Part shown: one piece after another, positions 1 to 12,556 of the stretch
Layout of the letters: the number at the start of each line of letters is the position of its first letter
How positions within the stretch are numbered: position 1 is the stretch's first letter
Source of the DNA: Ascidiella aspersa
Lineage: Eukaryota
Reading direction: 5' to 3'
Length of the DNA stretch: 64,000 bases
Assembly (NCBI GenBank): GCA_963924565.1
Contig: OZ004609.1
Location: 27,714,001 to 27,778,000, forward strand
The notes under the pieces: model-generated
Seen by the model: the letters and a program-made list of their open reading frames with translations, nothing else
The model's database searches: none
Told to the model about the DNA's origin: nothing
Made by a program: the position numbers and the translations under genes

Positions 1-2094
1 GAACGTTCCATCGCATTGTTGGTTGGTTGTGTAGCAAGCGCCGTTGTCGCACTTTAAATCGTCACAGTCCGGGTAAGCTAATCATAAACGGAATCATTAG
101 AGAAATGTAATAATTTTTTCACGCTCCCCTACTGTTAAAATAATACATTTGACGCATGGTTGCGCATCGTGATTCTCTTCATAATTTTGTTTCATCATGA
201 GAATAAAAGCAATCATTAAAGAAAGATCGCGAATATTGAGGAAAGCTGCGGTTTTCGTAGGAAAAACATGCGAGTTACAATTTAAATTCCCTCCGGCCGC
301 TAGTTTTCCACGCTTTATGTTGAGCAGTGGTTCGCGAACGAGGTGTCACGGTTAAATTCTATGGATCCAATTTTGGCTTCGGGGTTGCCACACAATCTTT
401 GAAGACATTCAAGTATTTTGTAAAGAAAGTCTGTAGGTTTTTAAAGACCTAGAATTGGATCGCTCGTTGTTTTTTTAATATAATTCTTAACAAAACAGTA
501 TAAATGCCATGGCCAACAAAACACACATAACTTAGGCCATTTGATTTGGTTTTGTCGCCGACTGCAGTGGTTTATATGGTTAGATTTGTTGATATTGATT
601 TTGAGCAAGCTTTCTCCCAAATTTCATAAAAAGGTATTATGATGTAATGACTAACATTATTTTATTTTGATTTTTTAAGCTATTTGTCTTCAGTTTTGTT
701 CATTATAAAACGTTCAGCAAAGAGAATTAGGTAGCAAATGCTTTGCTGCTATACCGACGCTTAGCATTTGGGTCGCGCCTAATAAGGTTACGAAACACTA
801 CTTTAGGCTTGAAACAACACTTACTGCAGTTGGCTTCGTCGCTACCGTCAGGACAGTCACTGGTGCGGTCGCAGTAAAAGTTCAACGGGATGCAGTAGCC
901 ACTTGTGCAATTCCACTGGTCGTCGTTGCACGTTGACCCGGCTGTAAAAATATCAATATTTTTATTGGCTGGCATTTGGTTACAGAAGGCAATGTATAAA
1001 CTGTTACTCACGGCAGCCGTTTTCGTCCTCGCCGCTTAAACAATCGTTCTCGCCGTCGCAGACGAAATGCGAAGGAATGCAGGCGCCGTCGGGACATTGG
1101 AACTCGGGTGCGGAACACGTCGCTGCACCTGCAGAAACAAACGGAACTTTGCTGTTTTTCTTTCGCAAAAAAAAACTGGAAGGTTAAAAACTCAAGCGTT
1201 TGCAGAATTCTGTACTTTAAGGTTTTAACATTTTTGGTATTGTTCAGTGACGAGGTTGTTTTACATCCATTGCACATTCTATAGCCTCCAATATTGATAG
1301 CTTGACAGACATGACAAGTTGTTACGTTTTAAACGTTCATAAGAGTTTGCACCAGTTGTATGGCTTGCGGCACACTAACAAAATCTACAAATTTCTAAAC
1401 AACATAATCAAAAGGTAACCGAAAACGTAAATCACCCTGGCAAAGATAACGCCAGCTAACTATGGTTAGTTGGAGTAAAGTTAGTTACATTTTATATGCG
1501 AAGAGCGAAAAATTATATGTGAAATGGACTCGTGTTTAGTTTTTCAAATAGACGACGGGTCGGATGAATTACATTGGCGGGCTGTAGGTTGCCGACCCCT
1601 GCTTTAAACAAAGAGGAGTGTATTGGTCGGTGATTAATTTACGGCAAAGCTACACTGAGATTTAGGCCCGTCGCTCTCCTAATTGCCAATAAGCTTTTTT
1701 ACAAACTTGTAGGATTTCGCCGCAGACCTGCAGTGGTTTACAACGTATATATAGCCTAGTTTCTTTTTAAAAAAACTTTGGTGAAAGCGCTGTTGTGTGA
1801 GTGCGTGAACCACCTTTGCATTTCATTTTTGATAAAAAAGCGATAAAGTGTTTCATCTAAGAGCTACCTATTTTTTTTTCAAATAATAAGTTGTCCTCAT
1901 TTCCCCAAAAAAGGTTATTTTAAAATGCTCAAAAGTGTTTGGTTTTTGCAAATTAGCTTTTTTGCTTTTAAACTATCGAATATAACCACACGTATTATAC
2001 TGTGCTCACCTTGTAAAACACCGTGCTTACCTGGTTGTGGCGTAACCAGGAGGCAGAGCGTCAAAGTCAAACAGATTCTTATTGCGTTAAGCAT
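1..2094 (-). CDS. LDL-receptor class A (LDLa) repeat protein, N-terminal part; continues beyond the left edge
   Basis: Exons 2031-2094 (signal peptide [21 protein letters not shown]), 1012-1128 ([35 protein letters not shown]), 825-941 ([35 protein letters not shown]) and <1-77 ([22 protein letters not shown]). GT-AG phase-1 introns, one LDLa module per exon. The family (LRP, LDLa-GPCR or protease) cannot be determined here. Confidence 0.9.
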
Positions 2095-2424
2095 CTTGAA
2101 CAAACTCTAGCATACTCTAATGCAGTGGTGTCCAACATTTTTATTAAGCGACCGCAATTTAAATAAAATGAAATAGGAAATTACATTGCGACCCCGTTTT
2201 ATTTTCAGATAGTAATAAAATATATACATAATAATGCTGGAACTATAGGTAATACGAGCAAATATGCCTAAATGATACGTATTTTCAGAGAACTGTGGCT
2301 CCATATGTGCACCAAATTGATTTCTTTTAGGAAGTTTTATTTAAATTATGAATTTGAATTTAGCACACGAACGAACACAAAGTTTTGAATTTGTTTCGAC
2401 CCTAAATTGCATTTACAGATACTA

Positions 2425-3799
2425 CACTGTTAAAAAAATTCTGTAAAAATTACACGATTTTCCTGTGCAGCAGTTTTACATGGAAACACTGTAAAAATTT
2501 TACTGTTGAATAACTGGTAAAAATTACTGACTAATTTTTGTAAATATGGATTTCTGCCTGTAAAATTTACTGCGTAATAATGTAATTTTCACACCATTTT
2601 TGCAGGTAATTATTACTAGATTTTGAGGTAAAACTGCTGCACGGGAAATTCGTGTAATTTTTACAGAATTTATAGTCTGGAAAATTCTAAGGATTTTTTC
2701 TGTAATTCTAATAACACTAAATTTCATTTTTTTAGTACCCCACTTTCCTTTTTTTTTATTTAAATAGGCAAGCAAACACGATACTGAACACTGTGTTTGA
2801 CGTTTATTGGTTGGAATTGGATTTAGGTTCCTTTTGCAATCAAATTGCAAAGGCGTAAAACCCTTGGGTGGACATCCTTCCGCTTCCGCTTTATACCTCT
2901 TCCACTCTTCCATCTAATGCCGCAAAGTATCTGAAAATAACAAAAAGCCAAAGTGATTGTATCTCAAACAATAAAATACCGCTACAGATTGTATTTTTTT
3001 TTCTGTTTAAAATTTAATAATGTAACATGACTGCAGGTTAAACGGTAGGCTATACAAAGGATGGTTACCACTAACAACCCCTAACCAAAACTATGACGAT
3101 TATTAACCTAATACATTTACACATGTGCATTTATGGTAACTTATTACTCACTGGCGTCATCTATTGAATTCGCAAATTGGCTTAGTATATTTAAAATTAA
3201 AATTTAATCAATATGATAACGATGAAGCAAAGTAAAAAATCCTACAGGCAAAAAGTCTAAGATATAGTCAAGTTATTTCTGTTAAACTTCCCAAGGCGAA
3301 AATATGTGTAACTTTTACTATTATCATCCAGTGGAAGCACTGTTTTAAATATTAAATTAAAAAATGATAAATTACAAAGTAAAACCATACCTTTGCACAA
3401 ACTCCAGCAATATTTCACAGCTTTTTGGATATACCATGTTGAAAACATAAAATGAGCAAAATTGGTAGACAAATGCTTGAAAAAAGTCACTGAATGTGCA
3501 GGCCAAATTTTTTTCTACCAAGACAACAAATTTTGTGGCATCAACAGGAGTCATACCTATTCAACATAACAAACAATAGCATAACTTAACTGACAAAAGT
3601 AATATGCTAAAACCCATCAACCTATCTTTATTCAACAACCATTATCAAAAAAGGCAAAGATTAAAGTTAGACTTTAACAGCATTGTAGCCTGCCTTGGTA
3701 ATACAGTTGCACTGCACAAGCAACTTGTTTGGTTTTATGGTTTCAGGTTTCAAGTTGAGAAAACATACATGCTCATAAAATGATCGCATAGCGCAACCA

Positions 3800-3836
<37 letters not shown>

Positions 3837-5422
3837 GTAATTAGTTATGTTTACTAAGTGATTTTGTAACAACATTATTACTAGCAAAAACTTTACCTAG
3901 CACTACAATAAAAGGTGTCGCTGGTGCATCTTCAACTATATTTTCAAAAAGAGTGTCGCTCTGCAAAATAAAACTTATGTAATAAATTACATCAAATATC
4001 TGACCCTAAGAATGTACAATTATTATTCTTAAAAACTTTTATCCAACCTTACATAACTATTAAATTTCCTTTAAATTCAAACTATAGCAATTGATCTGGT
4101 TTAAATGGTTAGCATTTAGATGTCATAAAATTAACAAATCAGATAGACTTACCGAATAGCATTTGTATATATCGGACACCTCTTCTTTAAAAAAACTTGA
4201 CAGAATATCAAACAAACTATATGATTTGGCCAACTCTGTGTTTGGTTTTAATTTCAGTTTTTCTTTTATTTCTTTAATGTTCAACTCAGCAAAAGTTCTG
4301 TAAAAAGTCACTAACTTTACAAAGTTGAATTTATAAGAATTAACGCTACGACAAGATTTTCTTGCACTAAGGAAAAATGTCATCTTTACACTAAACTATC
4401 GTTATAACAGGTTGGTGAAATTTTGATAGTCACAGGCCCCAAAAAAAAACACTCAAAAGGTTTTGGCAGGCAAGATAAATTCTAAGTGATAATTTGTTGT
4501 TATAACCTGAAGTTCTTAAAACATTTACAACTGAACTTAGGTCTAATTACATTTAAGAGGGTGGTAATGCATTGGCACAAAAAATGTGTAAAATTTGAGT
4601 GCACATGGCGTCATCCATAATCACAAGTAAAATGTGAAATAAAACAATTATCAAATGGACATTTTACCTCATAACCAGTCCGGATGTGCAGTTTTAGGTG
4701 CCTAAGCAAAGACTTGGAATCACATAAGGTTTTTTGACATATTTGTAAATTGCACTTAAGATTCATTTTAAACTTTCGAATTACGAAATGAGCAGCAAGT
4801 AACCTACAATATAAATACATAAATTTACATATTTGACTGAACAACCACAACCTAAAAAGCATCAAATAGAATTGATTATCTTCTCTTGATTATCTGACAG
4901 CTCAAAAAATGTGTTGCACTAACCCTGACTATACACAAACATTTCTTCTCTTATTACTAAACTCAAATATTTCAGTTCGGCACATGTTATAGGTTTTATC
5001 AAATCAATATACCTCGATGCAGGACTGCTAACTTAACACTGATATTTTTTTATAAAAATTATGAACTCATTAAAATAAACCAAACCAAAGTCTATTTTGC
5101 TATCCTTAAGTTACAAACATATTAACTAATTAAATTATTTTCTTAACGTTTCGTAAGAATTTAACAACCAACAAAATATTTTACTTTTCCGGTTCTACTA
5201 ACCACGTTTTTTTTGGATGCTCAAAGAAATATTTCCATTTCACTGTTACGTCACCGACTTTTTTCTTTCGTTTGAGACGAGCGATTTGATTGGTCGGCCT
5301 AAAGTTCCCGCCAAACATATTAAACATTTTTACACTATTTTAGAGTAAAACGCTTTACAATCACCAATGTAAAATATTTACCGTTGTTCTAACGGTAAAA
5401 TTTACAAATTTTTTTAACAGTG
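2425..5422 (-). mobile_element. EnSpm/CACTA-type (CACTG) DNA transposon, degenerate internal-deletion derivative
   Basis: TIR CACTGTTAAAAAAATT at 2425 and its reverse complement ending at 5422, flanked by TA on both sides. Minus-strand remnants: C2H2 zinc finger (ICQKTLCDSKSLLRHLKLH, ~4680-4770), possible transposase debris (~4120-4400), and a spliced accessory-protein remnant (FYVFNMVYPKSCEILLEFVQR at ~3390-3554; VHPRVLRL at ~2850-2875). Confidence 0.85.
3800..3836. repeat. (TA)n microsatellite
   Basis: Direct TA run with one interruption. Confidence 0.9.
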
Positions 5423-5718
5423 TAGGTACAAGAGGATTTTTTAAACTTGTTTTTAAAGTGGAAGATTGTTTTCTGCGCAAACCATAGAATCATTAACGCA
5501 TAATTTCGATCAACGCATCAAGTCAACTAAAATCAAAAAAATACTTTTATCGAAAGTTTATACTTTCCATGTTGTTGATCCATTTAATCGATATTTCGTC
5601 AGAGTTTTATATTCAATTAGGTTTTTATACAAATCTCAAATTTGCCGTAAATATTACACCTCTAAGCAAAAGTTATTTCGGTTGACTTTAATTACAAATT
5701 AAAATGCCTTTTAACATA

Positions 5719-5905
5719 CAGGGTGTTCATAAAGTTTACAATTTCGAAATTTTGTTATTAATGAGTTCTCGATAACGTATTAAATTAAGTAAAATAATCT
5801 AAATGGCAAAAACATTGATAAACACCAATAAAATAAAAACAACCCTGGTTAAGATATATTGAGAACTGACTTTGAAATCGCAACAGGAATTTTTGAATAC
5901 CCCGT
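5719..5905. mobile_element. Possible decayed Tc1/mariner-like MITE
   Basis: ta-CAGGGTGTTCATAAA ... TTTTGAATACCCCG-ta; imperfect TIR with TA flanks. Confidence 0.35.
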
Positions 5906-6866
5906 AGATTTATTTCTGTTAAAAGCGTTTTAATTTTTAGGCGGCTATGTTGCAACGGCTGCAACGGTCTACGATAATTACCAAATCACCTGAAACTCAA
6001 TGTACAGCTTTAAAACAAGGCAAAACACCAAAACGACTCGACTTTGCCCACTTTTTTAATATATTTGTTGGTGTGCCTTTCACGACGCTCTGCAGCGCTA
6101 TTGATGCAAAAGCAAAGTCCGGGCGATTTTTATCCGTGGAATTTTGCAACCTTTACGAATTGCAACATCGGCTGCATTAAAAAACAAACGAGTTTTTTTT
6201 TGTCGAAAAAAGACAAGCGGGCGATGGTATGGCGCTATAGGGAAGGCGATGCGAGGAATTTACAGAAAAAAATGGACTTCTTTCATGTATTTTCAACACA
6301 ATTGGTGCCAAGCCGCGCGTACGCGTCACTTCATCGCACAACAAATAAATACCTCGTCCAGAAATTAAATTGGCGTCATCGATGTAAAATTTGCGTTTTA
6401 GCGTTTTAAAGCACAAAGCAAGCGAACTAGAAAATGCCGCTTAACTGGCATATTAATCCAACGCACTTGGTAAAGCCATGCAGGCCTATTGTCACCGTTA
6501 CAGTTCGGACTCCTGCTATAACGGCAGCCGTTAAGTTAAGTTGCGCGTTTGGCCGTAAATGCAAGTTGGTACTAGGCAAGATAGACATTAGACGTTTAAG
6601 TTTTGTTGTTTGGCATACTGGCTTCTGGCGTTTTAAAGCAGAATAAACCAATTTGGCGTAATCTGTTTCCCTGCTATCAATATAATGTCTGATGGCCAGG
6701 GAGATGTTTAAGATTTGACTGTATGTGTTGTCATTCTGGCTATTGATGCTCCAAAGGAGAATACACCGTTTTGGCGCAATCTGTTCGCTGCAATCAATGC
6801 CCTTAGTCAGCCAAGAATCATAACTCATCAAAAGCTTTATACAATGAGATAAAAACATACACTACT

Positions 6867-9800
6867 TCTTCTTCTTCTTTCGTGAGTCAAACACGGAGCT
6901 CTGTTGACGAGAGCCATTTCAGAGTGTCATTATCGAGGTCTCTGAGGCCTCGTTCCCCATGGGGTGGGCGGTAGGTGGTACATTCCTCCACGATGTGGTC
7001 CGCAGTTTGGTGGTGGGCGCAACATATGCAAGCCGGATTGTGGGTCAAGCCCCACTTCAGCATCGACGCTCCGAAACAGCCGACGCCAGTACGGAGGCGG
7101 TTAAGATTAACCCATTGTCGCTGTGGAAGGTCCAGGCCTTTTACTTCATAAGGGCTGTCTGTAAAGCGATGTAATCTTGTTTGTGGAGCTGCTGACCACC
7201 TCTCCGTCCACCGGTTCTTTACCCAGGTGTCCTTGGACATGCCATCTCTGACGACCTGTAACATTGTCTTTGCCTCGATTTTAGGCGCTGACGGAGAGTC
7301 TTCTCTGTGACAACGTTGTGCAGTAGATGTTCTTCGGTGCAGAGCGCTTTTCTACAGAGGGCTAGGGTCGCTGCCTCTCGGCGAATGTCAAGCGGTGGTA
7401 TGCCAGCCAGCACTGGCAGCTGCTCGGTTGGCGTGGCACGTAGGCAGCCAGATATGACGCGCAACGCACTATTAAGGGTAGTGTACACCTTCTTGGCGTG
7501 ACTACCTCGGCACCACACAGGGGCACAATACTCAGCGGCGGGTAGAACCAGAGCCTGGTCAGATATACGCAACACTTTAGTTGAAGCTTCCCATGTAGTA
7601 CCGGTTAGGCGGCGTATGAGCGCGATGCGAGCGGCTGCCTTCGCCCTGACGCTGTCGACGTGATGCTTGAACGTCAGCGTTCTGTCAAGCTTGACCCCGA
7701 GGTATGTGGGAGTAGCATTATGCTGCAACAATGTGTTGTTGACGCGGATGTTTGTATTACGCTTGGCTTCCCTGTTATTTAGGTGAAACATTGTGGCCAT
7801 AGTTTTCCCCATGCTTAATTTTAGTCTTCAGTTTTTGAAGTAAGATGACAGGATCCCCAGGTATGCGGTGAGACCTTCTTCGGCTTCGTCCCATGTTGGC
7901 TTGCTGAGTAGAATTGCAAGGTCATAGCCATATTTCTTCGACTGGGTGGCGGGTAAGTCGTGGATATATATGTTAAATAACATAGGGGCAAGGACGTAAC
8001 ATTGCGGTACGCCATTCCTCAGCTTTCGAGTCCTACTACACTGGCCGTCACTTGTGTGGAGCTGAAAGCTACGGTGGCTAAGCATGTCTAAGATGAAGTT
8101 CACCATGTGCATATCTGGGATCATCTCCAGAAGCTTTAGGTGAAGACCACGTAACCAAACGGAGTCATACGCAGCCGTGAGGTCGATGAACACGGCTCCG
8201 ACTTTTTCACCAGCCTCAAACCCATTCTCTATATCTTGGCACAGTAGGGTAACCTGGTCTGTGGTAGATCTGCCACTGCGGAAACCCGCTTGCTCCTTGG
8301 GCAATTGTGGATCGATAATTGGATTTAGGCGCGTGTGGACAAGTCGCTCCAACATCTTGTAAGGCACACACAGTAGCGATATAGGGCGATAGCTCTTCGG
8401 GTCGTCTTTTGGTTTGTTTGGCTTCGGTAAAGCTATAGCCTTTGCCCGACGCCAGATCTTGGGTAACGTGCCAGTTCAAAGACAGGTCGAAAAGAAAGAG
8501 GTTAGCCATGAGGACATTTTCCTTCCTTGGTGTTTTATAAACTCAGGATGGATTCCATCGATGCCTGGTGATTTGCCCACTTTAAGTTGTTTGGTGGCTT
8601 CCGCAAGTTCTTCAACGGTGAAGTCAATTGAAAGGTTGGAGTTACAGGTTGGGGACGTACGAATTTCTTTGATCTTGGCTTTGATGCTTCTGCTGAATGG
8701 CCTGTCTACATTAGGGCAAAGTTGGGCGGCAATCGCATTGGCCGTGATGGGGCATTAACTGGTTTTTGCCGACCTTTCAGTTAGCCTGTTGACTGTTTGC
8801 CAAGCTCTACGACTGGAATGAGTAAAGTCTATTGACTTCACTGTTTCAGTCCATCTCTCCCTTCGTTGGTCGTTTATTCTGCGGATGAGATCATCGGCGG
8901 CCCTTTCTCGCTCATGGATGGATTCCGTCTCATTTTGTGTGCGAAGTAAGTGCTCGCATACTTTGTCCCAGCAAGGAACGTAGTTGCTACGAAAGCCGCG
9001 GGAAATGTTATTCTTCGCAGCAGAAGTTATAGCCTTGCAGAAGGCGCTATAAGCGCAGTTGATGTAGACTGAGTTCGGGGACGGCAAGCCAACAGCTACT
9101 GCATCGAGCTGTTGCCTGAATCTTTTCCAGTTAGCTTTGCGGAAATTCCAACGCCTTACGGGATTCTCTTCGATAAGCTGAACTAACGCTGGGGTTAAAA
9201 TCAGCGATGGACGATGGTGAGAATGGGGGAATATATCCAGGACGCGCCTCTCCGGCATTAGCTCACCGGCGCAGCTCTTAAAAAAAGCCAGGTCGGGATT
9301 GGTGTCGGTGTTCCAGCGTGCGGAGTGGAATGTGGGTTGCTCTTTGGGATTGAAAAGTAGAGTGGCGTCAATGGATGAAGCCTATTCGATAAGGGTATCG
9401 CCGTCTGCATTGGTTACGCTGTAACCCCAGTCAGTGTGATGGCAGTTAAAGTCGCCGGATTAGTGCGCTGGTGCGGTGACATCTGGAAGTGAGTCGAGAT
9501 ACAGTCTGCTGGGTGGTGGCTTGTAGATGTTGACGATGGTAGTGTCTTGTACCTTGGTTGTCAGCCACTCCACAGTTGTGTTGTCGTCAGACTGCGTTAT
9601 CGCTGACCAAGGTTTTCCATTCCTGATAAAGGTTGCGATGCAATGCTGCTTGTTTAGTGTGAATCCGGCCAGGTTGAAACCCAGTATCTTCAGGACGCTA
9701 TAGAGTTGGTAACATGCGTTTCCTGCAGGGAAATTATCGCAACTTTGTTGTTGTTGGCGATATGTGCAATGACGCTGAGTTTGGCTGCTGTAAGCGCCTC

Positions 9801-10002
9801 AACGTTGATCTGTAGCAGTGCCAAGTCTTGGCTTTCGACGAACGTTGTTTTTGCCGCCTGGCCTGAAAAGGCCACACGCTTCCTTGGACTTGACGCCGGG
9901 TTATGAATTATTTGACCTGTTTGACGGTTTAAAGACATTGGTTTCGCTTATGTTAGCTACTCATAGGGGATGACACGTAAAGGCTGGCTTTGTATCCCCT
10001 AT
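6867..10002 (-). mobile_element. Full-length, inactivated single-ORF non-LTR retrotransposon (APE endonuclease + reverse transcriptase; Daphne/L2-like clade tentative)
   Basis: 12-bp TSD ACATACACTACT at 6855-6866 and 10003-10014, and a (GAA)n 3' tail. ATG at 9938. APE motifs (LQINVE, LQETH, GDFN) and RT motifs (YRPISLL, EQAGFR, FIDLTAAYD, PQxYVLAPMLFNIY). The YADD box is broken (YGYDLA). C-terminal CxC-H-C motif. Several frameshifts and stops. Confidence 0.93.
9931..10000 (-). ncRNA. Candidate degenerate HDV-like self-cleaving ribozyme in the LINE 5' UTR
   Basis: Minus strand: P1 AGGGGAT/ATCCCCT, P2 AAAGCCA/TGTCTTT (6/7 pairs), P3 GCC/GTC (2/3), L3 TTTACGT, J4/2-like CCAA. Starts 2 nt from the TSD. 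Fitted by eye. Confidence 0.45.
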
Positions 10003-10500
10003 ACATACACTACTGATCGTCCGCATAAAGAACAAAGCAAGTGGGAATGGGATTTAAATCTTGTACCGAACACAACTCCTTGGGACAGGTTATATAAAAA
10101 CACCTGTAAAGCCACAATTGAAACTTAACTGCGATCCTTTCAAATTAAACTTAATCTTCGTGCGATTGTGACCAATGATGCGCTATTCTGGTTTGATATA
10201 ACTGAAACCAACCGGTGTGTGTTTTTGCAACTTAAATGTTGAAACAATTTCTCATGTGTTTTTCTGTTGCGAACATGTTGCAAGGTTTTGGGAAGAAGTC
10301 ACTGCTTGGATTTCATCAAAACTTTTTATATCCCTTCAAACCATTCCAGTAACTGTTCTGTTCGGTATTGTAAATGAAACCGACTTGCTAAACTGTTTAC
10401 TGATTTGCTCTCGCTTTGTGATTTATCGTTGTAAATATGCCAAAACTTTGCCTTCTTTAATGATGTTTAAGAACATGGTAAAAACAGGGAACCAAAACCT
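10003..10500 (+). mobile_element. Tx1/L1-type LINE 3' fragment (zf-RVT region); its 5' portion lies at ~6760-6866
   Basis: KWEWDL..WDRLY..T*LRSFQIKL..IVTN..CVFC..ETISHVFFCCEHVARFW. The frame is continuous across the removed insertion: SKALYNEIKTYTT|DRPHKEQSKW. Confidence 0.85.
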
Positions 10501-11180
10501 ATAGTCATTTTTTTCACGATTAAAGCGACAAAAAAGGCAACTCAAAGAGGAAGCCGACAATAAAATTTAATTAAGGTTGCCAAGCTTATTTACATCAATA
10601 ATTCACAAAATTAAGTCATAACGTGACGTCATTAAATAAGTTAATATTGAGCTTTTTAGAAGACATCTGTAAAAAGAGTAAAAATAAAACAAATGAGGCA
10701 ACAGTGTGCACGAATTCGCAAAATTTCCGTCTATATATATACCGATAGGTTTACGCTTAAAAGTGAAATACAAGTTCGCGAAATACGAAAAGGATTGCCA
10801 TTCCCTTATACAGGCAGTTGGAATCTTTCAATATGGAAGAGCAAGGTATTTACGTTTATTTGGCCACAAAGACAAATAAACATTTGCAAACATGTCAATC
10901 GAATGCTATATGTAAATCTTAATAGTTCGTATACTAGATACATTATACTTTTCTGAAAAAATAGTTAGTTATCATCTAAAAACACCCGTGAAATTTCCAA
11001 AGCTTGCTGCATATTTTTTCCGACAAAATTCGACAAAAAATCGGTCAAAGGTTTCATACCACCGCCAACTAGCGGTTAAAATGTTTGTTGATTTTCGAAA
11101 TTAATAATTGGAAACCTGAATAACACGTGGTGAAAACAAAAACGAAAATTGGTTTTGATGTAAAATCTATAATTATTAAA

Positions 11181-12556
11181 CTAATTCGACCTAGATTCTG
11201 GTAAGGGTAACTGGGATGACGCCGCTTCTATCGAACAAGATTCCTTTCCTCGAGTTTCGACTGCCACTGAGTAGGGTGGCGGTAATTCTCCCGTCATAGT
11301 TTCGCAATATGCAGGCGGCCGCTGGCTTTTCCACGCCGGTTCTTCAGTGCGACTCGGCCAGGTTTCACACTGATGCTGTCGTGCTTGTTGATTAGGAACG
11401 GTTGGCTGCGTTGCCAGCGTTGCTAATGTCAGGTTTTCTAAACGTGACAAAAATGACATAAAAAAGTGTCATTTTACTCCCCTCTTATTCCTCCTTCATT
11501 CCTCTAAGTTATTCTTAAGCACAGAAGTAGTTTGCCGCTTTAAAATAAACCGGTCATTTACAGTGCCATTTTCGTATCTTCAGCTCAGTTAGTCGTTTTC
11601 TCTCATGGTGAAAATTTAAAAGGTTTGAAATGTAAAATAATCAGGTAAGTAATCTGATATGGTATGCATGCCGAATTTTCTTTAATTGCGAATATGTTCA
11701 AACCTTACCTAGGCCGCGTGCCATAAAATTAAACCACGTTATGTTTACCCGAATTCCGTTAAATTCAGCTTATAAATTGCAGGATATAGACGCGTTTCTC
11801 TAGAAATTCAGAGACAGACTTCACATAGTCGTAGCCTTTACCAGCATGTATTGATGTCAATCAGTCCCGTCGTTTTTCGTGTTAAATTTTATTTTAAGCA
11901 TTAACTGGCAGGAATATAAATGATTTCAATTACTGACCAAATATTGCGGATGTATACTAAAAAGTCATTTTATGTTTGTTTGGCTCAAGGCTGTATTTTT
12001 TTTGTTTACTAATTCTTAAATATATAATATTAATCAATATTCATAACTATGCAAAAAAAAGTTTAAGCGAATGTGTAAAAAGTTAAAAAGTTTTTCGAGT
12101 GAATTGACTTTTAGCAATTAATCTACCATGATCTTAGTTATTGGTGATATGGTGCGTTAGAAGCAAAAAAATTGTGTTAGAATTGTTTTTTTATGTTGTG
12201 CTAGCCAGCTAGCCTATAAAAAAGACTCCTACGTCCGTTTGAAACCACCAGTTTTAAAAAGAAAAGTTAAATTTGACATGATAAAACGTCTTTTTAACAC
12301 ATCTTAAAAAATCAATCAATCAAATAAAAAAGTTAACATTGCAAACGTAAGAACGCTCCCTTACCAGGAGGACGCCGAGTTCTTTGATGGGCACGAGAGG
12401 GCCAAAACTGTTTAAAAAAGAAAATGAGGAACAACACCAACAACAATATAACAACTCCAGCCGTCAGCCATATTCTAAAAAAGAACGGCATTTCAATAAA
12501 ATGTCGTTGTCTTGAACGTCAGCAACCACATATACTTACTCATATGCTTCCACCAT
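11181..12556 (-). CDS. Small single-pass membrane protein with two PY motifs (127 aa); architecture like WBP1/VOPP1/Commissureless-type adaptors
   Basis: Exons 12540-12556, 12365-12474 and 11181-11437 (384 nt, phases consistent, GT-AG). Protein: MVEAYE-IWLTAGVVILLLVLFLIFFF-KQFWPSRAHQRTRRPPENLTL...RPPAYCETMTGELPPPYSVAV...RSN*. Confidence 0.78.

Noticed and set aside
9940-10002. Hammerhead ribozyme reading (CTATGA...GAAAC)
   Set aside because: The core lacks the G of CUGANGA and no stem III partner is evident; the HDV-like fit is better.
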